From Candidatus Babelota bacterium (GTDB taxonomy: Bacteria; Babelota; Babeliae; Babelales; CAIQNR01): a DNA stretch of 64,000 nucleotides. Shown here in pieces: positions 40,182 to 49,466 of the stretch; within the stretch, counting starts at the first letter, position 1; each line of letters opens with the position of its first letter. A program made the translations under genes and the position numbers. The notes below the pieces were generated by a model. The model was not told the origin of the DNA and made no database searches. It saw only the letters and a list, made by a program, of their open reading frames with translations. The DNA lies in the NCBI GenBank assembly GCA_965658655.1, contig CBFHTA010000001.1:200722-264721 (forward strand), read 5' to 3'.

Positions 40182-40997
40182 TGAACGAGACTTAGTGAAT
40201 CTATATTCTTTAGCCCAATCAAAGAACAGTGCTTTGAGATACGCAAGTCTCTCGAGCCTGTTTTTTGCAGTGACCTTCATGTTAGCGGTAGGTAAAAATC
40301 GAGTTAAACGCGCCTGCTTTGTTTTTTCTAGGGTCCATAAATAGTTCCGTAGAATGCGTGTTTCTTTGTTAATTTCATCGATAAACTTTGTCATAGGGTA
40401 CACGTGATCAGCAGGATTTTGATTATTGATATAGCGTGCTTGAATGTGTTCCATTAATTCTTCAGAAAGTTTAAAGCGTGGCAAGGTGATGAATTGTTCA
40501 AACGATATTTCGTGTTTCCAATTGCTCCAACTATTCTTGCTTGTAAGTATTCGTTTAGTTCTGTAAGAAATGAAGTAATATGCCCCATAGCCAGAAGCAA
40601 CTATAACAGCGGAGGCAAGAACTACATTCTTAAAGGTCAAAACCTTTATTGGTTCATGTGCTTTATTGAAAATTTCTTTAGTTTCAAAGTTTTCACCAAG
40701 ACTTTGTTGAGATAAAAATTGTGGATTATGTGCAGCATTAACATCTGTTTTCTGGCCTTTTTGATTTGCATCTGCTCTTTGATCTGCTCTTTGATCTGCT
40801 CTTTGATCTGCCTCGCTTTTAATTTCAGTTTGGCTTTCTGAGGTGAGGGTGGCGGAGGCGGTAGTTGAGCCACCTTGAATAATGGTGGGGCGAGAATCTT
40901 TATCAAAAATAAATTGTATAGATGGGCTTTGTGTTTGAGAAGAAAGGAGAGAAGGGGAGAAAATTAAGAGAAATACGAGTGCGCTGCGTTTTTTCAT
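40149..40997 (-). CDS. Hypothetical membrane protein with signal peptide and ADQR repeats
   Basis: MKKRSALVFLLIFSPSLLSS; internal TM VVLASAVIVASGYGAYYFISY. Confidence 0.75.
   Translation of the reverse strand: MKKRSALVFLLIFSPSLLSSQTQSPSIQFIFDKDSRPTIIQGGSTTASATLTSESQTEIKSEADQRADQRADQRADANQKGQKTDVNAAHNPQFLSQQSLGENFETKEIFNKAHEPIKVLTFKNVVLASAVIVASGYGAYYFISYRTKRILTSKNSWSNWKHEISFEQFITLPRFKLSEELMEHIQARYINNQNPADHVYPMTKFIDEINKETRILRNYLWTLEKTKQARLTRFLPTANMKVTAKNRLERLAYLKALFFDWAKEYRFTKSRSSHVSAIVAAT
40771..40811. repeat. 12-bp tandem repeat (TCTGCTCTTTGA) x3.4, in frame
   Basis: Exact units at 40771, 40783 and 40795, partial at 40807; encodes (ADQR)3. Confidence 0.92.
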
Positions 40998-41093
40998 ATT
41001 AATATCCTAAAAGGGGTTTTAGTGATGTTGGACCATAGTAAAACACGATTTTAAAAAATCTGCAAATTTTAAAAAATGTAGTATTATAAAGGT

Positions 41094-41786
41094 ATGAATA
41101 ACAATACAAAAAAAGAACTTTTGCATTACTTTGCAAAGTTTGTAACCAAAAATAGACAAGAAAAAATAAAAAAAATTTTGCCGTTAAGGACGCGTCGTGT
41201 GGCTGTTGCTTTAGAAGATATTTATCAATCTTCTAATACTTCTGCCATTTTACGCACTTGTGATGGTCTTGGCGTCCAAGATGTGCATTGTATTGAGGGG
41301 CGAAATCCGTTTGATGTAAATGCGGGCATCTCACTTGGGGCAGCGAAATGGCTTACAGTGGATCGTTACCGCACAGAAGAAAATCAAACAAATAATGCTA
41401 CTCAAGAATGTATCGAGTCTTTGAAAAAAGAGGGATATAAAATTGTTGCTACTTCTCCGCATGCAACAAAAGCGATTTCAGACCTGCCTGTTGAAGATAA
41501 AACAATGTTTTTGTTTGGTGTAGAAGATGAAGGGCTCACAGAACAAGCTATTGATCTTGCAGATGAGGTAGTAGAAATTCCAATGTACGGTTTTGTAGAA
41601 AGTTTTAATGTATCCGTTAGTGTAGCGCTTTGTTTGTATGATTTTACTAGACGCTTAAGAAGCTCTGGTATAAGCTGGGAGCTGTCTGAAGAAGAGCAGC
41701 TTGACCTTGAAATTGACTGGATGCGAAATTCTGTAGAAAATGCAGATGCACTTGAACGACGATTTTTTGAAGATCAAAAAAAATAA
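41094..41786 (+). CDS. trmH: SPOUT RNA methyltransferase, TrmH (tRNA G18 2'-O-methyltransferase)-like
   Basis: NTSAILRTCD, FGVEDEGL, IPMYGFVESFNVSV. Confidence 0.85.
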   Translation: MNNNTKKELLHYFAKFVTKNRQEKIKKILPLRTRRVAVALEDIYQSSNTSAILRTCDGLGVQDVHCIEGRNPFDVNAGISLGAAKWLTVDRYRTEENQTNNATQECIESLKKEGYKIVATSPHATKAISDLPVEDKTMFLFGVEDEGLTEQAIDLADEVVEIPMYGFVESFNVSVSVALCLYDFTRRLRSSGISWELSEEEQLDLEIDWMRNSVENADALERRFFEDQKK

Positions 41787-41812
41787 ACTTATTAGGGATT
41801 GACGGAATTATC

Positions 41813-42325
41813 ATGAAAAAAATATTTTCAGCATTATTTGTTGTAACGTTTGCTCTTATGTGTGGAGATACAGAAGAACAAAAAAAATGGGAAATTAAAA
41901 TAGTATTGCAAGGAGAAAAAGACAAGGACACTAATTTCTTTTTAATGGCAGGGGAGACTGAGGGTGAGGCGTTTGGCTTCGATCCTAATAAGGTAGTATC
42001 AGCACACGTAAAGGCGGGAACAACAAAAACAGCAAAATACAAACTCTCTTCAAAGAAGGAAGTATTCGTTCAACGAGGATGTGACCAAGAGACACAGACA
42101 TTGTTGGGTCTTCCTCTAATGTATGGTCGCCTTGGAGTTCCATCTTTGCCGAATCCTTCGTTTATTGTATTTATGCTTCCTTTAAAGGATACACAACGTT
42201 ATAAAGCAGCCAGGGTAAGTCAACTAGAACCTATTTTTAAAGAAGAGTCAAACAAGCAGGATACGGATGCTATTGCTCGCTTTCCAGAGTCTACATTTTA
42301 TGTTGCGCTCAATGATCCAGAGTAA
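41813..42325 (+). CDS. Secreted or lipoprotein hypothetical protein
   Basis: MKKIFSALFVVTFALMC-G N-terminus. Confidence 0.7.
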   Translation: MKKIFSALFVVTFALMCGDTEEQKKWEIKIVLQGEKDKDTNFFLMAGETEGEAFGFDPNKVVSAHVKAGTTKTAKYKLSSKKEVFVQRGCDQETQTLLGLPLMYGRLGVPSLPNPSFIVFMLPLKDTQRYKAARVSQLEPIFKEESNKQDTDAIARFPESTFYVALNDPE

Positions 42326-42352
42326 CAACTCTGGTCTTTTGGTAGTAAAAAA

Positions 42353-42916
42353 TTAAGTTTCTAATGTAATTTTTGCAATTCTTTTTGCAAAAAGTTTAGT
42401 AGTTTCCAGGTCTCCCGGAGCGGGGGTTTTATCTGGATCTGTATTATCTGATTGTGTTGCAAGGCCAAGACAAGAGCCTATGCGGTTAATTTCATTTGCA
42501 GATGCTCCATGCCCACTTTTAGTTTGAGTAGGTTTTATTCCTAAACTTATCCATAGCATAGCGTGCTGGCATGCGAGTGTTACAAGGTAAGAAAGTGTAT
42601 TGTATTTATCTCCCGATAATGAACCTGAGTTAGTAAAGCCGGCTGCTAATTTATTTTTCCATTCAAAATTCACCCATTTTTTAGAGGTAGCATCTGCAAA
42701 TCCTTTAAATTGTGCACTTGGCCCACCCATATAGGTTGGACAGCCAAAAATAAGTGTTGTGTAGTCTTCAAACTCATTAAGGTTTGCTATTGCTTCTTCT
42801 GTCGTAAATATTTTTGTTTCAACACCGGTTTCTTTTTGGAGTGTTTCAAAGAGCGTGTCAGCAATACGCTTAGTGTGTCCATAGCCACTATGGTAAATAA
42901 TACCTATCTTTTTCAT
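42353..42916 (-). CDS. Flavodoxin family protein (WrbA-like)
   Basis: YHSGYGHT, FGCPTYMGG, AAGFTNSGSLSGDK; start MKKIGI after GGAG. Confidence 0.9.
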   Translation of the reverse strand: MKKIGIIYHSGYGHTKRIADTLFETLQKETGVETKIFTTEEAIANLNEFEDYTTLIFGCPTYMGGPSAQFKGFADATSKKWVNFEWKNKLAAGFTNSGSLSGDKYNTLSYLVTLACQHAMLWISLGIKPTQTKSGHGASANEINRIGSCLGLATQSDNTDPDKTPAPGDLETTKLFAKRIAKITLET

Positions 42917-42978
42917 TGTTCTTTCTCCTTTTTCTTTATTAGTATTGAGATACATTTAACTCTAGCAAAGGATAACAA

Positions 42979-43383
42979 ATGAACAATATTTCTTGGCTAA
43001 AACTGTATGGACTGGCACTGGTAATTTTAGCGATAATAGATATTCCTTGGATTCTTTTAGTAGCAAAAAACTTTTACGTAAGCCAGATTGGTCATCTTAT
43101 GACAAATACTCCACAGTATTGGCCGGCTTTTGTTTTTTACACTTTGTATGCCTTTGCGCTTGTCTATTTTGTAGTTGTTCCTAACGTTGAAGGCTCTCTT
43201 TGTTCTGTGTTTTTGCGCGGATGTTTTTTTGGACTTATTGTGTATGGAGCCTATGATTTAACTAATCAAGCGACGCTTAAAGAATGGCCCATTCTTATGA
43301 CCATTGTAGATATGCTTTGGGGTGCATTATTGAGTGGTACAGTAAGCACATTAACTTTATGGTTAGTGAGGGAGTTGTTATAG
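42979..43383 (+). CDS. DUF2177-like membrane protein
   Basis: IDIPW, YGAYDLTNQATLKEWP, DMLWG. Confidence 0.85.
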   Translation: MNNISWLKLYGLALVILAIIDIPWILLVAKNFYVSQIGHLMTNTPQYWPAFVFYTLYAFALVYFVVVPNVEGSLCSVFLRGCFFGLIVYGAYDLTNQATLKEWPILMTIVDMLWGALLSGTVSTLTLWLVRELL

Positions 43384-43412
43384 TTACCATAGCAAATTAT
43401 GTATTCAGGTTT

Positions 43413-43874
43413 TTAACTTTGTTTAAGACCTAATTTTTTTGCAATTTTGCGTTCAAGGGCGCTCATTTTTTCATCATTGTCTTCATCGTAATGAGTGTAT
43501 CCTAGAAGATGGCAAATGCCGTGGACAAGTAAAATAGAGACACGTTCTTTGAGGCTAACATTGTAAAGCGGTAAAAGACCTTCAACAAAGTCGAGCGCAA
43601 TAATAATGTCTCCCACGTTTTTATCTTCTTCTTCGATTACCTTAATTTTTTGACCTGGTTTTAAGCCGTAATGGTAAGGGAAAGATAAAATATCTGTGGG
43701 TTTATCTTTGTCTCGAAAATCTCGATTATAGGTTCTGATAGTTGCAGACGTAGTTAACCAAATACCTAGGTCAAAATCTTTATAACCAAGTTCGTCTAAG
43801 ATTTTTTCTGCTGTTTGCTTTATGTGTGTGGTGCTTACTTTAATTTTTCTCTGGGTATTTTTGATCGTTATCAC
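43413..43874 (-). CDS. ybeY: rRNA maturation RNase YbeY
   Basis: DKPTDILSFP, HGICHLLGYTH. Confidence 0.95.
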   Translation of the reverse strand: MITIKNTQRKIKVSTTHIKQTAEKILDELGYKDFDLGIWLTTSATIRTYNRDFRDKDKPTDILSFPYHYGLKPGQKIKVIEEEDKNVGDIIIALDFVEGLLPLYNVSLKERVSILLVHGICHLLGYTHYDEDNDEKMSALERKIAKKLGLKQS

Positions 43875-46354
43875 GCTCTGTCCTCTGATTTAATATGGTC
43901 GAGATCGAGCATAGCAAACCATTTTTCGTGCTCTTGGTCAAGTGTTGATCTTTCTACTTCACCTGTTCCGTAGGTAATGATCTCGGCGTGCGTAATACCT
44001 TTTAACAATTGTTCATGAGGGACCAGGGTTTTAATCATGTCTTTATCAACGCTGTGCAGAGTCAAACTACTTAAAGGTGTCTTGAGGGAAAGTTCTTTTT
44101 CAGTTTTCATCTTACGAACTGCTGCAATGATATCCATTAACATGGCGGCAGTTTTAGAACTTTCTTCAAACTTAAACTTTTTTTGATGGGTGTTATATTC
44201 TGTTGTGTGGATAGAGTTTGTTTGTTCTTGGGTTTGGTAGAGAGATCCATACAAGGTTTCGGTAACATGTGGCAAATAAGGCGCAAACCATTGTAGAATT
44301 CTTAAACCAACATGGCGCAAAGTCCATCGTGTAGCTGTTACTGTTTCTTTTGGATACAGTTCAGGATTAAAGAGTTGATTCTTAATGATCTCTAAATAAT
44401 TATCGCAAAAATCTCGCCAGAAAAAATCTTCAGCAGTAGTCAGCGCTAAACTGAATTCATGTTTATGTAAATATTCGTTGTATTTTTTAAATGTTTCAGA
44501 AGCTCGGTGGAGCAGCCATTCATTTAAGATTCCCAATTCTTTTGGTTGTTCTGTGGGTGCTTGCTCTATATGTTCTTTAGTGAATCTAAAGGCATTCCAC
44601 AGTTTGGTAACAAGTTTAAATCCAATCTTAAGTTGAGGCTCAGAGAAAGCTACATCGTTACCCAAGGTTCCCGATGCTGTCCAGAAACGAATAACGTCTG
44701 CTGGGTATTGCTTTAAAAGATTTTCAGGATCGGTTGGATTGTTGCCTTTGGACTTAGAAATTTTATCTTTAGCAGAGCTGAGTACGTGTCCTGAGATTAC
44801 AATTTCTTTCCACGGTAGTTTTTTGTTGTGCATCCAGGCTTTAATAATAGTATAGAATGCCCAGGTTCTAATGATGTCGTGCGCTTGTGGTCGCATACTC
44901 ATAGGTAAATTATTAGTCTCAAAAACCCCTTCTTCATTTTCAGAAGCTAATGTAGCGCAAATGTAAGGAGATAACGAAGAAGTGTTCCACGTATCCATAA
45001 CATCGGTATCTGGAGCAATATCCGTGCTTGAACATTGTGGGCACGCCCCACCCGGGTAAGGTGTTTCTTGTGGATCGATTGGTAAATCTTTTTCATCGGC
45101 AAATAAGAGTTGTTTACATGCATTGCAATGCCACGCAGGAAAGGGAATACCATAAAAGCGTTGTCGACTTAAACACCAATCCCATTGTAGATTTTCTACC
45201 CAATCTTTATAGCGCGATTGCATGAACGATGGATACCAATCAATTTTATCGGCTTGCTTTAAGAACTCTTTTTTATGATCAAGAATATTTAAAAACCATT
45301 GTTCTATAACAATATATTCTATTTCTTTTTTACACCGTTCGTGCACATTAACATTATGCTTAATTGGCTTTTTAGCTTTTAAAAGTCCAGCTGCTTCAAG
45401 CTCTTCAAGTATTTTTATGCGAGCATTGTGAGCACGTAGTCCAGCAAGAGGACCGGTGCTTGCATCCCATTTTCCATCTCTACCAATAGAAGCTTTATAG
45501 TTAAGCTTATGAGTTTTGTACCAATAGATATCATTTTTGTCGCCGAAGGTGCAGCACATTACAAGTCCAGTGCCTTTGTCCATAGTAACGGTATCATCAG
45601 CTAATACAGGTACTTTATAGTTAAAGACCGGAACGGTTGCTTCTGTGCCTGTAAGGTGTTGGTAGCGTTTATCGTCTGGATGATAAAAAAGTGCAACGCA
45701 AGATGATAAAAGCTCTGGACGAGTAGTTGCAACAATAAGTTCTTTATTTTCTTTGTCTTTAAAAACAATATCGCAAAAGTTTGATGGTTTTTCTACGTCG
45801 TCAAGTTCGGCTTGTGCAACGGTAGTAAAACAGCTTGTACAGTAAAGTGCGGGATCTTCTTTTCGGTAGATAAAGTTTTTTTTATGTAGGTCTAAGAACG
45901 ATTGCTGAGAAATTTTTCTAACCAGTGGAGAGATAGTAGAGTAGGTTTTTTTCCAGTTGGCAGATATCCCTAAACGTTGCCAGAGTCCAGCAAACTCTTT
46001 TTCGGCGACTTCAGATTCTTTCATACAAAGATTAATAAAGTCTGATCGACCCATACCAAAACCGGTTACTTTGTGTTTCTTTTCTACAAACTTTTCAGTA
46101 GGCAAGCCATTGTTATCAAAGCCAAAAGGATAAAAGACGTCAAAGCCAGACATCCGTTTAAAACGAGCAATAATGTCTGTATGTGTATAAGAAAAAACGT
46201 GACCAATATGCAAAGTTCCCGAGACAGTCGGAGGAGGAGTGTCAATGGTGAATTGTTCTTTTGTTGAATCGGGTGAAGATGTATAAGTGTCTTCTTGTGC
46301 CCACTTTTGCTGGGCTTGAGTATCACCGGTAAGGTGATCGTATTTTTTATCCAT
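43871..46354 (-). CDS. valS: Valine--tRNA ligase (type 2/archaeal-like)
   Basis: DTPPPTVSG.LHIGH, WCLSRQR, PQAHDIIRTW, KISKS. Confidence 0.95.
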   Translation of the reverse strand: MDKKYDHLTGDTQAQQKWAQEDTYTSSPDSTKEQFTIDTPPPTVSGTLHIGHVFSYTHTDIIARFKRMSGFDVFYPFGFDNNGLPTEKFVEKKHKVTGFGMGRSDFINLCMKESEVAEKEFAGLWQRLGISANWKKTYSTISPLVRKISQQSFLDLHKKNFIYRKEDPALYCTSCFTTVAQAELDDVEKPSNFCDIVFKDKENKELIVATTRPELLSSCVALFYHPDDKRYQHLTGTEATVPVFNYKVPVLADDTVTMDKGTGLVMCCTFGDKNDIYWYKTHKLNYKASIGRDGKWDASTGPLAGLRAHNARIKILEELEAAGLLKAKKPIKHNVNVHERCKKEIEYIVIEQWFLNILDHKKEFLKQADKIDWYPSFMQSRYKDWVENLQWDWCLSRQRFYGIPFPAWHCNACKQLLFADEKDLPIDPQETPYPGGACPQCSSTDIAPDTDVMDTWNTSSLSPYICATLASENEEGVFETNNLPMSMRPQAHDIIRTWAFYTIIKAWMHNKKLPWKEIVISGHVLSSAKDKISKSKGNNPTDPENLLKQYPADVIRFWTASGTLGNDVAFSEPQLKIGFKLVTKLWNAFRFTKEHIEQAPTEQPKELGILNEWLLHRASETFKKYNEYLHKHEFSLALTTAEDFFWRDFCDNYLEIIKNQLFNPELYPKETVTATRWTLRHVGLRILQWFAPYLPHVTETLYGSLYQTQEQTNSIHTTEYNTHQKKFKFEESSKTAAMLMDIIAAVRKMKTEKELSLKTPLSSLTLHSVDKDMIKTLVPHEQLLKGITHAEIITYGTGEVERSTLDQEHEKWFAMLDLDHIKSEDRA

Positions 46355-46398
46355 AGGCCTAACACAAGGTAAAATCGTTCTCTACTAGTATGTTTGCT

Positions 46399-46427
46399 AG
46401 TATACCGATCAACCTTGTGGGGGTCAA
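46399..46427 (-). promoter_or_regulatory. Sigma70-type promoter for valS-ybeY
   Basis: Minus strand TTGACC (46427-46422)-N17-TATACT (46404-46399). Confidence 0.6.
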
Positions 46428-46431
46428 AAAT

Positions 46432-48585
46432 CTAAGCTTGAATTGGTCCAGATACCGATTTAATGCCGGTCACTTCTGCGATTCGTTGCCTAATGTGAGG
46501 GAAGTTTTTTTGCAGGGGGGAAGCTTTTTTAAAGCATTTTATGGCTTGATTTTTATCTCCAAGATCCATATAAGTTTCTGCTAAATTGTACCAGGAACGA
46601 TATTCTTGAGGGTTATTTTCAACCAAAGACAGGTAAACTTGCTTAGCCTGGACATGGTTTTTGTTGCAGTAATAAGCGTTTGCTAAATTAAATTTAAGAT
46701 CGTTGCTCGCAGGGTTTATGCTGCACGCATTGCTGTATGCTAGAATTGCATCATCGAATTTTTGCAGTTCGAGGCTTAAATTTCCATATATTTCAAATGC
46801 TTCTAAAGTATCGTAATCTGCTACTAGGCATGAATGTTTTATTCTTTTAAAGGCCTCTTCTTTATTGCCCAATTCGTAGAGAGCTCGGCCCCAATTAAAG
46901 TATGCTTTGCCGTAATGGCTACGTAGCCTTATCGCCTTTTGAGCCATTTCACAAACTTTATTATATTCTTTTTTAGCAAGTAAAAACGATGCAAGATTAT
47001 TATAGAATTCGGGGTAGGTTGGATTTATTTTAATGGCTTCATACAATTGATTGATAGCCAGATCATTTTTACGAAGCGCATTGTAGCAAACGGCAATATT
47101 GTTCCATGGGTCGGGATAATGGTTATCCATTTTAATTGCTTTGCGTAGGTAAGGAATAGCTTCTTTAAATTGTTTTTTTTCAGCTAAACTCACCGCGTAA
47201 TTATTGTAGGCACGTGCTTTGAGTGGTGCATTTTGAATAATGTTGAACCAAAATTCTTGCGGAGAGCGCCAAACTTTATTTCGTTCATACGTTCCCCATC
47301 CTAAACAGAGGGCGCAAAGAGCAGTAGCTAGGTAAGGAGACTTTACGCTTTCGGGAAGATTTAAATCTTTTATTTGTGCAGTGATCCATTCAAAGGAATA
47401 GATCATGCTCATGGTAAGAAGTAAAAGCCAGCCGTATGAGCTAAAATATGTTTTGTAATCTGCAACAAGTTCAGTTGAGGGAATAATAGAAGAGCGTGGA
47501 GCAATGCCTACAAAGAACCAAAGTGCTCCAAATGCAATGGGGCTCGTTTTGTTTTTATAGAGGAGCGCTGCAATTCCAGCACTAATAAGTATTAAAAAGA
47601 GTAATGGTGCAATAACTTCAGGGGTAAAAAAGTCATGAGCCATTTTCCAATCGTAATCTACGCTAATAGAGAATGGCCAAAGGAAAATCCAAAGATAGTG
47701 TAAGATAACTTTAAATTGAGATATGCAATAACCCCAACGAGTTATTTCTTGTCCAGCGTGTTGAGTAATAACATTTCCAATGTTAGAAGTAACTTTCTTA
47801 TCAACATAAAGCATTTCTTTTTTTATCCAGTTCTTTGAGCTTCCCTGCATAATTTGAAAGCCAAAATAATAATAGATAGTGCCTATGTATCCGGCGTAGA
47901 ATAATGCTCTTTTGCGTAGATCTTTCCAGTTTCCTTGGGCGACAAAAAACCAATCAAAAAGCAGCAGCATCAAAGGGGAGACAACAATAATCTCTTTGGT
48001 TCCGCATCCTACAAAGAGAATCGCATAGATACAGAGTGCACCAATCACTTTAAGAGCAGTGTTCTTGATAGTTGTCCAATGCAAGAATAACAGTGCTAAG
48101 AGCATGGTAAACATGCCTGCGAGCCCTTCTAGTTGGCCTTGAATTACATATGAAACTGTTTGTGTTTGTACTGGATGTACTAAGAATAAAAGAGTTGTTA
48201 TAAAAGATATTGGCAGCGCTCGCTTGCCAAAGTACGACTCTTTTTTTAGCCGAGAAAATGCTTTATAAGTTACTAAAAAAATTAAAATACCCGTAGTAAT
48301 ATGAAACGAAAGATTAAAAAATCGGTAAATAAAGGGATTGTGTTTACCTAATTTATAGTTAACGGTGTTTAACCAATAGCTTATCCAGCGAGAACTTTTA
48401 AATGACCACATTGAGAAAGTGTGAGTGCGGGCGGCAAAGAATTTTTTTATGTTGGCCACGTCATCAAATTGAAAATCATAAAACAGAGATGGGTAGTAAA
48501 CTAGTGCGGTAAAGCTGGCTAGTAGTGCTGGGGCTAACCCGTAAATCATCCAGTTTATTGATTGATTATTAGAAGATTGCTTCAT
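46432..48585 (-). CDS. TMTC-like GT-C membrane glycosyltransferase with C-terminal TPR repeats
   Basis: FQFDD motif after TM1, LFLVHPVQTQTV.Y, TKE, multiple TMs, RNKVW, then several TPRs. Confidence 0.85.
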   Translation of the reverse strand: MKQSSNNQSINWMIYGLAPALLASFTALVYYPSLFYDFQFDDVANIKKFFAARTHTFSMWSFKSSRWISYWLNTVNYKLGKHNPFIYRFFNLSFHITTGILIFLVTYKAFSRLKKESYFGKRALPISFITTLLFLVHPVQTQTVSYVIQGQLEGLAGMFTMLLALLFLHWTTIKNTALKVIGALCIYAILFVGCGTKEIIVVSPLMLLLFDWFFVAQGNWKDLRKRALFYAGYIGTIYYYFGFQIMQGSSKNWIKKEMLYVDKKVTSNIGNVITQHAGQEITRWGYCISQFKVILHYLWIFLWPFSISVDYDWKMAHDFFTPEVIAPLLFLILISAGIAALLYKNKTSPIAFGALWFFVGIAPRSSIIPSTELVADYKTYFSSYGWLLLLTMSMIYSFEWITAQIKDLNLPESVKSPYLATALCALCLGWGTYERNKVWRSPQEFWFNIIQNAPLKARAYNNYAVSLAEKKQFKEAIPYLRKAIKMDNHYPDPWNNIAVCYNALRKNDLAINQLYEAIKINPTYPEFYNNLASFLLAKKEYNKVCEMAQKAIRLRSHYGKAYFNWGRALYELGNKEEAFKRIKHSCLVADYDTLEAFEIYGNLSLELQKFDDAILAYSNACSINPASNDLKFNLANAYYCNKNHVQAKQVYLSLVENNPQEYRSWYNLAETYMDLGDKNQAIKCFKKASPLQKNFPHIRQRIAEVTGIKSVSGPIQA

Positions 48586-48659
48586 TTTTCCTCCTTAATT
48601 TCCTTTTTAATTATCTCCGAAAAAGAAGTCTAACTTGCTCTCATGTTTTGTCTATGTGT

Positions 48660-48688
48660 TTGACCCTTGGGGTAAAGTTTCTTAAACT
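48660..48688 (+). promoter_or_regulatory. Sigma70-type promoter for the M50-like gene and tyrS
   Basis: TTGACC-N17-TAAACT; its position argues against the 48648 start in the track. Confidence 0.55.
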
Positions 48689-48731
48689 ACTAGTCTTTGG
48701 GGGAACATCTCTTAGCAAAAGGGTTTATGCG

Positions 48732-49442
48732 GTGAATATAACAATGCAAAATGCTGAAATGTTGATAGGTAAAATTGTTTTTCTAGTTTCTTATTTTATG
48801 ACCGTTCCTATTATTGGTTACTGTAGAGCGTGGGCAGCAGAAAAAGTGGGAGATGATACTCCTGCTCAGTTTGGTTTCTTAACGTTGAATCCAGCAGCAC
48901 ACATAAGTTGGTTATGGGTTGCATTAATGACTTGTATTCCAAGTTTTAATTTTGGTTTTGGAAGATACATCCCTATTAATCCACATAACATTCATGGAAG
49001 AAATAGAGGATGGAAACTTGCGGTTGCTTATCTTTCTGATGCTTTTGCAAGTATTGTGTTAGCTACACTAGCGTTATTTTTATTAGTTGCGTTGTACGGG
49101 CAAGGTGAATTCTTTAGAAGCTTTGCTGTGCTTGAAGGGCATTTGCCTTTTCGGTCTTACGATACACCTGGATCTCATAATATAGCAGTAGCGCTTATAT
49201 TAAGTGGGTTTATTATATTTAATAACTTACTGGCTGCGTTTAATATTATTGTTAATTTGTTCTATCTGGGCTTCTTTTATTATGTTGATAATAACACGCA
49301 ACTTGCAGAACATATTGAGTGGATTATGTTAGTTGGCCCACTTGTTTTAATTGTTGTTTGTTTTCCAATTGTGCAGCCTGCTATTTTAAATCTTATTGCT
49401 GGTCTTGGTAGTCTTTTCGCGCTGCTTATGGGTATTAATTAA
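48732..49442 (+). CDS. Site-2-protease (M50) family homolog lacking catalytic motifs; start GTG 48732 or ATG 48744
   Basis: Retains A...GD.TP...G.LTLNP..H and FG...P.INP.N of the small M50 subfamily; no HExxH and no NxxPxxxxDG. Confidence 0.7.
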   Translation: MNITMQNAEMLIGKIVFLVSYFMTVPIIGYCRAWAAEKVGDDTPAQFGFLTLNPAAHISWLWVALMTCIPSFNFGFGRYIPINPHNIHGRNRGWKLAVAYLSDAFASIVLATLALFLLVALYGQGEFFRSFAVLEGHLPFRSYDTPGSHNIAVALILSGFIIFNNLLAAFNIIVNLFYLGFFYYVDNNTQLAEHIEWIMLVGPLVLIVVCFPIVQPAILNLIAGLGSLFALLMGIN

Positions 49443-49466
49443 TGTTAGGTATGGGGAAATAAAATT

